Of a DNA stretch of 64,000 nt, positions 35,083-44,354 are shown one piece after another. The position numbers and the translations under genes were made by a program. The notes below the pieces were generated by a model. The model was not told the DNA's origin and did no database searches. It worked only from the letters and a program-made list of their open reading frames with translations. The stretch comes from Dehalococcoidia bacterium (GTDB taxonomy: Bacteria; Chloroflexota; Dehalococcoidia; Bin125), in contig CBDHGH010000003.1 of NCBI GenBank assembly GCA_965263065.1, positions 1,796,537 to 1,860,536 on the forward strand, in the 5' to 3' direction. The first letter of the stretch is position 1. Every line of letters begins with the position of its first letter.

Positions 35083-37171
35083 CGGGTTCCTTTCCCCCGC
35101 GCGGGTTCGGCTCGCCCGCCTGCGACCGCGCCAGCGGGTCGGGCTCCAGCATCGGCTCGTGCACGACCTCGGCCAGCAGGCGCTGCACGGCTCCCTCGAA
35201 GCCCGCCTCGACGAGGATCGTCAGTTCGTCGCCCGGCTCCAGCCGCACGCTGCCGCGCGGGATCACGACCACGCCCTCCCGCCGGATGGTCGAGACCACG
35301 GCCTGCTGCGGCAAGGGCACGTCCTGCAGCGACACCCCCGCCAGCGCCGACCCGGCCTCGATCCGCGTGTCGACCTGCACCGCGCCCACCAGCCGGCGGA
35401 TGGGGGCGCGGTCGCGCCGCGGCTCGGACGGCCGCGTGCTGCGCGCGAACGCCGTCAGCACGTCGCGCTGCGTGACCATCCCCAGCAGCCGCGTCTCGTC
35501 GAAGCGCGCCACGACTGGCACCTGCCGCACGTCGGCGTCGGCCAGCATCGCCACGACGTCGCGCAGCGAGTCGTCCGGATACACGTGCAGCGCGTAGCGT
35601 CGCACGATGTCGGCCGCGCGGACGTCGGTGTGCGTGCGCTCCAGCGCCGCCGTCACGTCGGTCTCCGAGATCAGGCCCTGGAAGCGGTTGTCCTCGTCGG
35701 TCACGGCCACCGCGTTGCCCCCCGCCCGGCTCAGCACCATCGCCAGTTCGTCCAGTGTGGCGTCCGAGTCCACCAGGGGCACGTTCGTGCGCATCGCCTC
35801 GACCACGGTGATCTGGTCCATGGCCGCGCGGGCCGGCTCCTCGCGGAGGCGCACCCCGATCCGCGCCAGCTTGATCGAGTACACCGTGTCGCGCGTGACG
35901 ATCTGCGCGACCCCCGTCGCGATCGCCACCGCCGTCATCAGCGGCAGGATCAGGTCGTAGTCGCGGGTCAGCTCGAAGACGATGAACAGCGACGTGATCG
36001 GCGCGCGCGCCGCCGCCGCGAACACCGCCGCCGTCCCCACCACCGCGTACGCGCCCGACGGCGCCGTGCTCTCGGGCGCGATCGCCTCGAAGCCGGCGCC
36101 CATCAGCCCGCCCAGCATCGCGCCCACGAACAGCGCCGGCGCGAACAGCCCGCCCGACGACCCGCCGCCGATCGTCAGTGAGGTCGCCACCACCTTCAGG
36201 ACCAGCAGCAGCGCCAGCGTCCCGACGGTGATGTTGCCCTCCGCCGCCTCCTCGATGACGCCGAAGCCGATGCCGAAGATCTCGTCGTGCCAGAAGCCGA
36301 TCGCGCCCACGGCCAGCATCGCCAGCGCCGGCCGTCCCAGCGCCGGCATGCGGATCAGGGCGATCAGATCCTCCGCCAGGTAGACCAGCCGGAAGAAGAA
36401 GATGCCCACCAGCGCCGCGGCCAGCCCCAGCAGCGCGTAGAAGCCGATCTCGATGCTGGAGACCAGCTCGTAGCGGGGGATCGCGATGCCCGGCTCATCC
36501 CCCTGGATCGCGATCGCCACCATCGTCGCGATCACGGAACTGACCACCACCAGCGTGAAGTTGCGCACGTTGAAGCGCCGCAGGATGACCTCCAGCGCGA
36601 AGAACACCCCCGCGATGGGCGCGTTGAACGACGCCGACACCCCGCCCGCCGCCCCGCCCGCCACCAGCAGCGTCATCATCTCCGGCGGCTGCCGCATCAG
36701 CCGGCCCAGGCCCGACGCCAGCGCCGCCGAGACCTGCGCCACCGGCCCAATCTGCCCCACCGAGCCGCCCGACCCCACCGTCACCGCCGACGCCAGCGCC
36801 TTGGCCGGCGCCACGCGCGGGCGGATGCGCCCGCCCTGCGTCTCGACCGCGCTCATCACCTCGGGCACGCCGTTGCCGCGCGACTCCGGCGAGAAGCGGA
36901 TCACGATCCAGGCCACCGGGATCGCGGCCAGGACCGGCACCCAGATGATCATCCAGTCGCCGCCGAAGTCGGTCAGTAGGCCGCCCAGGTCGCCGAGCAG
37001 GATCTGGTCGAATAGCTCCACCATCTCCCGCAGCGCGACCGCGCCCAGCCCCGCGATCAGGCCCACCAGCAGCGCCAGCAGGAACGGCACGAGGCTGTCC
37101 GGCACCGGCAGCCGGGAGAGTGGGGCCGGCAGCGCCGGCAGGGAGCCCCGGGGTTGAGAGAGAAGACTCAT
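35075..37171 (-). CDS. ClC-family chloride channel with C-terminal CBS pair and TrkA-C domain
   Basis: RGNGVPEV and [15 protein letters not shown] selectivity-filter motifs, two CBS domains and a C-terminal TrkA_C-like domain. Start taken at MSLLSQPRG; the listed ORF extends to 37222. Confidence 0.85.
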   Translation of the reverse strand: MSLLSQPRGSLPALPAPLSRLPVPDSLVPFLLALLVGLIAGLGAVALREMVELFDQILLGDLGGLLTDFGGDWMIIWVPVLAAIPVAWIVIRFSPESRGNGVPEVMSAVETQGGRIRPRVAPAKALASAVTVGSGGSVGQIGPVAQVSAALASGLGRLMRQPPEMMTLLVAGGAAGGVSASFNAPIAGVFFALEVILRRFNVRNFTLVVVSSVIATMVAIAIQGDEPGIAIPRYELVSSIEIGFYALLGLAAALVGIFFFRLVYLAEDLIALIRMPALGRPALAMLAVGAIGFWHDEIFGIGFGVIEEAAEGNITVGTLALLLVLKVVATSLTIGGGSSGGLFAPALFVGAMLGGLMGAGFEAIAPESTAPSGAYAVVGTAAVFAAAARAPITSLFIVFELTRDYDLILPLMTAVAIATGVAQIVTRDTVYSIKLARIGVRLREEPARAAMDQITVVEAMRTNVPLVDSDATLDELAMVLSRAGGNAVAVTDEDNRFQGLISETDVTAALERTHTDVRAADIVRRYALHVYPDDSLRDVVAMLADADVRQVPVVARFDETRLLGMVTQRDVLTAFARSTRPSEPRRDRAPIRRLVGAVQVDTRIEAGSALAGVSLQDVPLPQQAVVSTIRREGVVVIPRGSVRLEPGDELTILVEAGFEGAVQRLLAEVVHEPMLEPDPLARSQAGEPNPRGGKEPDG

Positions 37172-37305
37172 GGGTCGTCGAGCGAAGCCGCGATCCGACG
37201 CTACTTCCGGCGGCGGCCCCATTCAAGCCGTGTAGTCAGGCCGTGCAGTCAAGCGGCGCCGTCAGGCCGTGCGACGGAGGTCCGTCGCCCGGCCCCGCCG
37301 GTCGC

Positions 37306-39156
37306 TTAGAAGGGACATAGCTGCTGCGACAGGAACGGCGGCAGCCCGAAGCCGAACTGCTGCCAGAACGCGTCCCACTCCGCGACGCGCGGCGTCAGCG
37401 CGTCGTTCAGCGCCGCGCAGCCGATGGCCGGTTCTGGCTGCGCGATGATCGCGCTCAGGTAGGCCGTCCCCAGCGCCCCGATCAGCCCGCCGCCCGCAGA
37501 CGACATCTGCGCCAGCGACGTGGCGGCCGTCGCGTCGCCCAGCCGGAGCTGCGTGATCGACGCGCGCAGCTGCGCCAGCGCCATCAACTCCGGGCCGGCC
37601 CCCGGCACGAATTCGTCCAGGCTGCCGTCGCTGGCGGCCAGCCCGTACAGCGCCAGCGCGCCCACGTAATCGCCCGCGTCGAAGGCGGTGTTGCCGTCGG
37701 CGATGATCCACACCAGGTACGACGTCGGCAGGCCCACCCGCGCGATCTCCGCGAAGTTGCCGCCCACCGCGCTGTAGACGAACTGGAACGGCCGCGCCGG
37801 GCCCGCCCCGATGCTCCCGAACGTGCCCCCCTCGATCGTCAGGTCGGCCACCCCGTCGCCGGTCACGTCGTCGAAGCCGAACGACGTCGCCGTCGGCACC
37901 GCGATGTCCACCGCCGCGTTGCGGTAGCCGTCGCCGTCGCGCACCAGCACCCGCACGATCGTTGTGCAGGTGTTGGCCCCGCACGCCGTCTCGCCGTACG
38001 TGATGTCCCGCCGCCCATCGCCCGTGACGTCGACGACGGTCATCACGAAGAAGTCCTGCCCACCGCCGTAGGCCAGGTTGTGGTCGAAGGCCTGCCGCCA
38101 GCGCGTCGGCTGGTCCGGCGCCGGGTCGTAGATCACGAGGTTGGCGTCGGTCAGAGAGCCGTGCTGCGCCGGGCCGGGGTCGGTGAAGATCGTGACCAGG
38201 CTGAACAGCCCGTCGCCGTCCGTGTCGACGAGGTGGAATCGGTCGCCGCGCGGCACCGGCGGCATGCTCCAGGCGAGGAACAGGTCCACGACCTCGTCGA
38301 CCTCGGTGCGGTCCTGCAACCAGGGCAGCGCCGTCGTCGCGAACGCCGCCAGCGCGGCCGGCCGCGTCGGGACGTCCTCCAGCGTGACGTCGCTGGCCGG
38401 CTGCGGGATGCCGCCCGGCGACAGGCCCGTCGGCGTCAGCGGGGCCGGGGTGGGCGGGGTGTCGTCCTCGGCCGGTTCGTCCTCCGCCGCATCGTCCTCG
38501 GCCGGGTCGTCGCCTTCTTCGCCGGCCTCGTCCTCGGCGGTGGCGTCGTCGGCGGTGGCGTCCTCGCCGTCCTCGCCGTCCTCGCCGTCGGCGGCCTCGT
38601 CGGTCTCGTCCGTGGCGGCCTCGTCGCCGTCACCCTCCTCCGCGACCGTGTCCTCCTCCTCCTCTTCCTCCGGCTCCCCGCCCGGCAGGATCAGCACGTC
38701 GCCGACCTGCAGCAGGTCCGGGTTATCCAACTGGTTGATGTCCTGGAGCACGGCCGCCGTCGTGCCGAAGCGGAACGCGATATCGCCTAGCGTGTCGCCG
38801 GCCTGCACCGTGTAGGTGCCGTCGCTCGTCGTCGCGGCGGTGGCCGAGGGGCGCTGGACCTGCACGGTCGCGCCGCCGCCCGCCGACGGGCGGTCCTCGT
38901 CGGCCGATTGGTCCGCGGCGGCCGCGGCCGCGGCCGCTGCGGCGGTGGCTGCGGGTGTTGGGGCGGCGCGTACGGGGGCCGCGGCCGCAGGCGCGGCGGT
39001 GTCAGCGGCGGCGGCTGGCGTCTGAGTGTCGGTCGCCGCGGCGGCGTCGGTGACCACCGGCTCCTCGTCGCCGCCACAGGCAGCGATCACCAGCGCGACC
39101 CCCGGCAGGACCAGCGCCGCGAGCACGAATAATCGGATTGATCGTCTGGGCATGCG
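37306..39156 (-). CDS. LysM-domain lipoprotein with acidic linker and FG-GAP/VCBS-like repeats
   Basis: Signal peptide with lipobox (LVIAACGGD). LysM (YTVQAGDTLGDIAFRFGTTAAVLQDINQL). An about 80-aa D/E-rich stretch. Repeated DxDGDG motifs (VDTDGDGLFSL, VTGDGRRDI, VTGDGVADL). Confidence 0.75.
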   Translation of the reverse strand, partial: RMPRRSIRLFVLAALVLPGVALVIAACGGDEEPVVTDAAAATDTQTPAAAADTAAPAAAAPVRAAPTPAATAAAAAAAAAADQSADEDRPSAGGGATVQVQRPSATAATTSDGTYTVQAGDTLGDIAFRFGTTAAVLQDINQLDNPDLLQVGDVLILPGGEPEEEEEEDTVAEEGDGDEAATDETDEAADGEDGEDGEDATADDATAEDEAGEEGDDPAEDDAAEDEPAEDDTPPTPAPLTPTGLSPGGIPQPASDVTLEDVPTRPAALAAFATTALPWLQDRTEVDEVVDLFLAWSMPPVPRGDRFHLVDTDGDGLFSLVTIFTDPGPAQHGSLTDANLVIYDPAPDQPTRWRQAFDHNLAYGGGQDFFVMTVVDVTGDGRRDITYGETACGANTCTTIVRVLVRDGDGYRNAAVDIAVPTATSFGFDDVTGDGVADLTIEGGTFGSIGAGPARPFQFVYSAVGGNFAEIARVGLPTSYLVWIIADGNTAFDAGDYVGALALYGLAASDGSLDEFVPGAGPELMALAQLRASITQLRLGDATAATSLAQMSSAGGGLIGALGTAYLSAIIAQPEPAIGCAALNDALTPRVAEWDAFWQQFGFGLPPFLSQQLCPF

Positions 39157-39306
39157 GGCTCCGGCGCCAACCCCATCCACCAGGGTCACTGTAGCGGGCA
39201 CAGGGCCCAAGCGGGTATCCGCACGGCGCTATTTGGCCAGACGCCCCGTCCCGCCCCCCAGTTCCCGGCCTCGGCGCTGGCTGGCGGCTGATGCGCCCCT
39301 GCATCT

Positions 39307-39358
39307 GAGTGCGAGGGTGTCACAGGTGATCCTGCGATCTGGCCCAGAGCCCGGCGGC
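39307..39358. repeat. 52-bp direct repeat copy 1 (pairs with 39755..39806)
   Basis: GAGTGCGAGGGTGTCACAGGTGATCCTGCGATCTGGCCCAGAGCCCGGC versus GAGTGCAAGCGTGTCACGGGCCATCCTGCGATCTTGCGCAGAGCCTGGC. Together the copies bracket the MNT/HepT' module. Confidence 0.5.
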
Positions 39359-39400
39359 GCGCTGCATGTCGTACAGGTACTTGCGAGCCTCAAGCCTCAT
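39320..39400 (-). pseudogene. truncated HepT-like (DUF86) toxin remnant, 26 codons
   Basis: MRLEARKYLYDMQRAAGLWARSQDHL*. Its ATG is embedded in the last codons of the MNT gene (typical MNT-HepT overlap), but it terminates after 26 aa, inside direct repeat copy 1. Confidence 0.3.
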
Positions 39401-39713
39401 AGACGGCTGTCCTCGTTCGCTCCACCGATTCGCGGAAGTAGGGATTCCGGATGGCGGAATCCACCACCAAGTCCACGGACCGCCCAAAGAGCCCCTGGAG
39501 CGCGTCGAGCAGCCCGAAGTAGGCGTCCGCGTAGCCGACGAGCGCCGCCGGCTGGAACTCGACCAGGAAGTCCAGGTCGCTCGCGTCCGGATCGTCCCTG
39601 CCGGTTGCGACCGACCCGAACAGGTCGAGCCTCTGGACGCCGTACCTGAGACAGAGGCGTCGCAACTCGTCGGTCTGGTCGTCAACCGTAGGGATCATGC
39701 CAGTTTCGCCCAT
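39390..39713 (-). CDS. nucleotidyltransferase-domain protein (MNT/MntA-type antitoxin of HepT-MNT modules)
   Basis: GSVATGRDDPDASDLDFLVEF is the minimal nucleotidyltransferase (GS...D.D) signature. Confidence 0.75.
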   Translation of the reverse strand: MGETGMIPTVDDQTDELRRLCLRYGVQRLDLFGSVATGRDDPDASDLDFLVEFQPAALVGYADAYFGLLDALQGLFGRSVDLVVDSAIRNPYFRESVERTRTAVYEA

Positions 39714-39841
39714 TCGTTCCGTACCCTAGCAGGGCGGCGATGGACCCCTGAACCGGAGTGCAAGCGTGTCACGGGCCATCCTGCGATCTTGCGCAGAGCC
39801 TGGCGACACTGGCGCGTGCGAATGCTTCGTGCGCAGCCTCT

Positions 39842-40285
39842 CTACCGCCCCGTCGACCCGAAGCCGCCCCCACCGCGCTCGGTCTCGCCCAGCGCCTCGA
39901 CCTCCTCCACCGCCAGCAGCGCCACCGGCGCGACCACCAGCTGCGCGATCCGATCCCCTTGCCGCACGCGGAAGCGCCCCTCGCCGGACCAGCGCATGTT
40001 CACCAGCACCTCGCCGCGGTAGTCCGCGTCCACCGTCCCGAAGGCCACCACGACCCCCCGCCGCGACAGCCCCGAGCGCGGCCGCACCTGCACCTCATAC
40101 CCCGGCGGCGTCTCGATCGCCAGGCCCGTCGGGATCAGCCGCGGCGTCGCGTCGAGCATCGCCTGGCCGTCGGGGGCGCCGAAGTCGGCGAACACGTCCA
40201 GCCCCGAGCTGTGCGGCGTCGCCCGACGGGGCAGCCGTGCGGTCTCGCGCAGTCGCAGCACGCGCAGCGCCGGCGGCGTCAGCAC
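39842..40285 (-). CDS. dut: dUTP diphosphatase
   Basis: dUTPase motifs (AGLDV, RSGL, GTVDADYRGE) and a C-terminal GGFGSTG motif V. Confidence 0.85.
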   Translation of the reverse strand: MLTPPALRVLRLRETARLPRRATPHSSGLDVFADFGAPDGQAMLDATPRLIPTGLAIETPPGYEVQVRPRSGLSRRGVVVAFGTVDADYRGEVLVNMRWSGEGRFRVRQGDRIAQLVVAPVALLAVEEVEALGETERGGGGFGSTGR

Positions 40286-40728
40286 GACGGCTCGCCCGGC
40301 AGCCAGCGGAAGCGCGGCAGCGACTCGCGCGGGTAGGCGTCGAGCCAGGCGACGTCGCGGCCCTCCGCCAGCGCCCGCCGCCGCGACGCCTCATCGATCG
40401 TCGCCGCCACGTCCACCCCCAGGTAGTGCGGCGCGTACCACTCGAGCTTCTCCACCCCCGCGCCCAGCAGGATCTGCACGCCGCGCGGCCGCCGCGTCAC
40501 CGTCCAGTGATGGAACCCCGCCGCGATCTGGATCAGGCCCTGGTAGAACGACCGGATCGGCCGCGCCTCCTCCTGCCAGACCTCCTCCCAGGCCTCGTGG
40601 GCGTCCCAGAAGCGCCGCGCGTCGAACAGGGCCGCGCCCTCGCGCAGGCCCGCCCGCGCCGCCTCGCCGACGCCCGGCTCCAGCGCGAGCTGCTCCGCCC
40701 GCGTCGGAAACGACACCACGATCGCCAT
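40279..40728 (-). CDS. DUF309 domain protein
   Basis: LFDARRFWDAHEAWEEVWQEE matches the DUF309 core. Confidence 0.65.
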   Translation of the reverse strand: MAIVVSFPTRAEQLALEPGVGEAARAGLREGAALFDARRFWDAHEAWEEVWQEEARPIRSFYQGLIQIAAGFHHWTVTRRPRGVQILLGAGVEKLEWYAPHYLGVDVAATIDEASRRRALAEGRDVAWLDAYPRESLPRFRWLPGEPSC

Positions 40729-40790
40729 CTGGCCCCCCTCGCCCGCGCTCGCCCTTTGACGATGAGCGCAGGCTAGCGCAGACTCCGGGT

Positions 40791-41291
40791 ATGCCCGGCT
40801 CCCCCTCCGCCAACGACCCCGACGCCCTGCGCGCCGTCCTCGCCGAGAACCTGGCCGAGCTCAGCGCTCTGCTCGACGGCGTCTCCACCGCCGACCTCGA
40901 CATCCGCCTGGGCGACGCGGAGTGGTCGGTGCGCGAGATCGTGCTGCATCTGCTGCATGCCGAGCGCTGGCTGCTGCCCCAGCTCACCGAGCTGCGACGC
41001 GCCGTCGCGCCGGGGCTGCCGCTGCCCCCCGCCGACGTCGTCGCGCTGCCGACGCTCGAGCAGCGCCCGGAGGAGAACGAGTTGCGCTGGGCCGTCGGCG
41101 CCGTCCGCGCCGAGACCGAGGCCCTGCTCGACGGCATGACCGCCCGGCAGTTGCGCGAGCCCGCCAACCTCGACCTCGACGGCGAGACGGTCGATATGTC
41201 CTTCCGCACGATGCTGCTCACCGCCGCCGACCACCAACTCTTCCACGTGCGCCAGATCGAGCGCACGCTCGGTCGCTCCGCGCGGCGCTGA
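40791..41291 (+). CDS. DinB/YfiT-like (DinB_2) family protein
   Basis: Four-helix-bundle DinB-type sequence with conserved His residues (HLLHAERW, HQLFHVRQIER). Confidence 0.65.
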   Translation: MPGSPSANDPDALRAVLAENLAELSALLDGVSTADLDIRLGDAEWSVREIVLHLLHAERWLLPQLTELRRAVAPGLPLPPADVVALPTLEQRPEENELRWAVGAVRAETEALLDGMTARQLREPANLDLDGETVDMSFRTMLLTAADHQLFHVRQIERTLGRSARR

Positions 41292-41344
41292 TCGTCGGCG
41301 GGGTCGCCTGCGGACATTCGGCGTGATCCGGGCGCGTGCTGACG

Positions 41345-41617
41345 CTAGGTGAGCCGGAGAATGGCGGCCAGGATGGCGGCGATGGCGACACCCAAGCTGA
41401 GTATCCGCCAAGTCTGCTGGTGGATCGCCCGCTCAATGTCGCCGCGCAACTCTAAGCGCAGACGGTCGATGTCGCCGCGCAAGTCTGCGCCGAGGCGGTC
41501 GATGTCGCCGCGCAAGTCTGCGCCGAGGCGGTCGTTGTCGCCGCGCAACTCTAAGCGCACGCGTTCGAGGTCACCCTGCGTCGCCGGGTCGGAGTCTGAG
41601 GCCGAGTGGGCTACCAT
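41345..41617 (-). CDS. DUF1640-like small coiled-coil protein with C-terminal TM anchor; contains 4 x 33-bp in-frame tandem repeats
   Basis: ...LRGDIDRLGADLRGDIDRLGADLRGDIDRL...QQTWRILSLGVAIAAILAAILRLT*. 33-bp repeats at 41437..41568. Confidence 0.55.
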   Translation of the reverse strand: MVAHSASDSDPATQGDLERVRLELRGDNDRLGADLRGDIDRLGADLRGDIDRLRLELRGDIERAIHQQTWRILSLGVAIAAILAAILRLT

Positions 41618-41738
41618 GCCGCAATCCTACACGAGACGAGTCCCGCGCCGCCACCGCGGCCCCCGATAGTTTGCGCCCATGCCCCCCAGCGCGCCGCGCG
41701 CCGCTGATCGTCGGCCGGCGCCGGGCTAGGCTGCCCCC

Positions 41739-43187
41739 ATGCCGACCACCGCACTCTCCGGCCGCGACGCGCTGGCCGCCGCCTTCCGGCCCCGCTCGGT
41801 GGCCGTCGCCGGCGTCTCCACCCGCGCCAAGGCCAACTTCAACGGCATGCGCTGGTTCAAGCTCGTGCGCCGCTACGGCGTCGTCGAGCGCTGGTACGGG
41901 CTCAACCCCCGCGGCGGCGCCCTGCGCTCCGGCGTCCCCCTCTATCCCAGCCTGCGCGACGTCCCCGACGACCAGATCGACCTCGTGATCTCCGTCATCC
42001 CCGCCCACGCCGTCCTCGACCTGCTCGACCAGGCCGCCGAGAAGGGCGTCAAGGTCCTCCACCTCGTCACCGCCGGCTTCGGCGAGACCGGCCTGACCGA
42101 GCGCGCCGACCTCGAAGCGGAGCTGCTGCGGCGCGCCCGTGCGTACGGCATCCGGCTACTGGGGCCCAACTGCATGGGCATCCACACGCCCATCGGCGGC
42201 GTCAGCTGGCTGGAGGACGCCGACCCCACGCCCGGCCGCATCGCCATGCTCTCGCAGAGCGGCGCCAACGCCAGCGAGGTCGTCATGCGCGCGGAGTCCC
42301 GCGCCCTCCATTTCAGCGACGTCGCCTCCTACGGCAACGCCATCGACCTCAACGAGTCCGACCTGCTCGAATACCTCTCTGACGACCCCGGCACCGACAT
42401 CGTGCTCGCCTACCTGGAGGGCATCAAGGACGGGCGCCGCTTCCTGCCCCTGGCCAGGCGGCTCGCCGCCCGCAAGCCCTTCGCCGTGCTCAAGGGCGGC
42501 GCGACCGAGGCCGGCACGCGCGCCGTCGCCAGCCACACCGGCAGCCTGGCCGGCTCCGCCGCCGTCTGGAGCGGCGTCGTCCGTCAGACCCGGCTGATCG
42601 ACGCCGCCAGCCCCGACGAGCTGCTCGACCTCGCCGTCACCGCCCAGCGCCTGCCCGGATTGCGCGGGCCGCGCGTCGCCCTGGTCGGGCGCGGCGGGGG
42701 CTACTCGGTGCTCGCCGCCGACGCCATCGCGCGCGCCGGCCTCAAACTCCCGCCCCTGCGCGACGCCACCAGCGAGCGCCTCGCCGCCTACCTGCCCCCG
42801 GCCGGCAACAGCATCCGCAACCCCGTCGACTCCGACGTGCCCTGGGACAGCGACGACTTCCTCCCCGCCCTGCGCGTCGTCGGGCACGACCCCGGTATCG
42901 ACGTCGTGCTGCTTCAGGCCAACGTCGATAACCTCCCCACCGGCGGCGTCGCCGCCGACGCCGGCTTCGCCGAGGGCCTGCGCGACCGCCTCCTCCAGGC
43001 CCGCGACGCCAGCCCGGTCCCCCTGGCCGTCGTGCTGCGCGCCCCCCGTACCGCCGCCGGCGTCGATCTGGCCCGGCGCATCCACGGCGAGCTGGGCCGC
43101 GCCGGCCTCGCCACCTACGACTCCGTCTCGGCCGCCGCCCTCGCCCTGCGCCGCTACCTCGACTGGCGCGCCGCCACGGGCAACTAG
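41739..43187 (+). CDS. CoA-binding acyl-CoA synthetase (NDP-forming) alpha-subunit paralog
   Basis: SVAVAGVS, GPNCMGI and LSQSGA motifs. Paralog of 2980..4413, without an adjacent ATP-grasp partner. Confidence 0.8.
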   Translation: MPTTALSGRDALAAAFRPRSVAVAGVSTRAKANFNGMRWFKLVRRYGVVERWYGLNPRGGALRSGVPLYPSLRDVPDDQIDLVISVIPAHAVLDLLDQAAEKGVKVLHLVTAGFGETGLTERADLEAELLRRARAYGIRLLGPNCMGIHTPIGGVSWLEDADPTPGRIAMLSQSGANASEVVMRAESRALHFSDVASYGNAIDLNESDLLEYLSDDPGTDIVLAYLEGIKDGRRFLPLARRLAARKPFAVLKGGATEAGTRAVASHTGSLAGSAAVWSGVVRQTRLIDAASPDELLDLAVTAQRLPGLRGPRVALVGRGGGYSVLAADAIARAGLKLPPLRDATSERLAAYLPPAGNSIRNPVDSDVPWDSDDFLPALRVVGHDPGIDVVLLQANVDNLPTGGVAADAGFAEGLRDRLLQARDASPVPLAVVLRAPRTAAGVDLARRIHGELGRAGLATYDSVSAAALALRRYLDWRAATGN

Positions 43188-43216
43188 CCCGCCCGTCCGG
43201 CCGCTAGGCTGTCGCC

Positions 43217-44167
43217 ATGCCCTCCAGTAGCCCCGCCCCCCGCCCCGTCCTCGGCGCGCACGTCTCGAGCGCCGGCCACATCGACCTCGCCGCCGACCAC
43301 GCCAAGGCCCTGCGCGCCGAGGCCGTCCAGGTCTTCGGCGCGGCCCCCCAGCAGTGGCGACGCAAGCAGCACCCGGAGTCGGATGTCGAGGCGTTCCGCA
43401 GCCGCATGCGCGACGCCGGCGTGGGGCCCAACTTCATCCACGGCATCTACCTGGTGAACCTGGCCACCGCCGACCCCGAGCACCTGCGCCGGGGCATCGA
43501 GTCGCTCACGGCCGACATGCGGCTGGCAGGCGGGCTGGGCGTGGCCGGCGTCATCTTCCACGTCGGTAGCCACAAGGGCCTCGGCTTCGGCGTCGTGCTG
43601 CCGCAGGTCGCCGAGGCCATCCGCGAGGTGCTGGCCGAGTCGCCGCCCGATGTCTGGCTCTGCCTCGAGAACAACGCGGGCGCCGGCGACAGCATCGGCT
43701 CGCGCTTCGCCGAGCTGGGCGCGATCCGCAACGCCGCCGGCGACGACCGCGTCCGCGTCTGCTTCGACACCTGCCACGCCTTCGCCGCCGGCTACGACCT
43801 GACGGACCCGGCCGCCCTCGACGACGCCCTGGCCGAGTTCGACCGCGAGGTCGGCGCCGACGCGCTCGTCGCCGTGCACGCCAACGACTCGAAGACGCCG
43901 CTCGGCTCGGGCCGCGACCGTCACGAGAACCTGGGCTGGGGCAGCATCGGCCTGGACGGCTTCCGCAACCTGCTCGCCCGCGACGCCTTCCGCGACGCCA
44001 CGTGGCTGCTCGAGGTGCCCGGCTACAAGGGCGGCGGCCCCGACCGGCTCAGCCTGCGCGTCCTCAAGGCCCTCCGCGACGGGGGCCCGCTGCCCCGCAT
44101 CCCACGCCAGCCCAAGGTCGTCAAGAAGACGGCCAAGAAGGTCGCGGCCAAGAAGCGGTCTAGGTGA
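43217..44167 (+). CDS. nfo: deoxyribonuclease IV (endonuclease IV family AP endonuclease) with basic C-terminal tail
   Basis: LGAHVSSAG...GAAPQQW and HANDSK...G.G.DRHENLG motifs of the TIM-barrel Nfo family. C-terminal KKTAKKVAAKKRSR tail. Confidence 0.85.
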   Translation: MPSSSPAPRPVLGAHVSSAGHIDLAADHAKALRAEAVQVFGAAPQQWRRKQHPESDVEAFRSRMRDAGVGPNFIHGIYLVNLATADPEHLRRGIESLTADMRLAGGLGVAGVIFHVGSHKGLGFGVVLPQVAEAIREVLAESPPDVWLCLENNAGAGDSIGSRFAELGAIRNAAGDDRVRVCFDTCHAFAAGYDLTDPAALDDALAEFDREVGADALVAVHANDSKTPLGSGRDRHENLGWGSIGLDGFRNLLARDAFRDATWLLEVPGYKGGGPDRLSLRVLKALRDGGPLPRIPRQPKVVKKTAKKVAAKKRSR

Positions 44168-44340
44168 GCTTGACGATCGCGACGGCGACCGCCCCGACGG
44201 CGACGGTGAACCCGAAGAGCTGGAGCAGGAGCCTGCGTATATCGGACTGAAAGTCGGCCCGCATGGCCTGCATGCTTTCCCGGAACTCGGCCTGCCGGGC
44301 CAGCATGTCCTCGTGCAGGGCCGCTGCCTCGTCGTGCACT
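44164..44340 (-). CDS. DUF1640-like small TM-anchored protein, third paralog (short; possible fragment)
   Basis: Minus-strand reading (V)HDEAAALHEDMLARQAEFRESMQAMRADFQSDIRRLLLQLFGFTVAVGAVAVAIVKLT*, the same C-terminal AIVKLT* end as 33620..33880. Below the ORF-track cutoff. Confidence 0.4.
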
Positions 44341-44354
44341 CTCGCTCCGCCCGC

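Noticed and set aside
41437-41568. 33-bp tandem repeats considered as a possible CRISPR-like array
   Set aside because: The repeats are contiguous with no spacers. They are in-frame inside a small coiled-coil protein gene, and there are no cas genes nearby.
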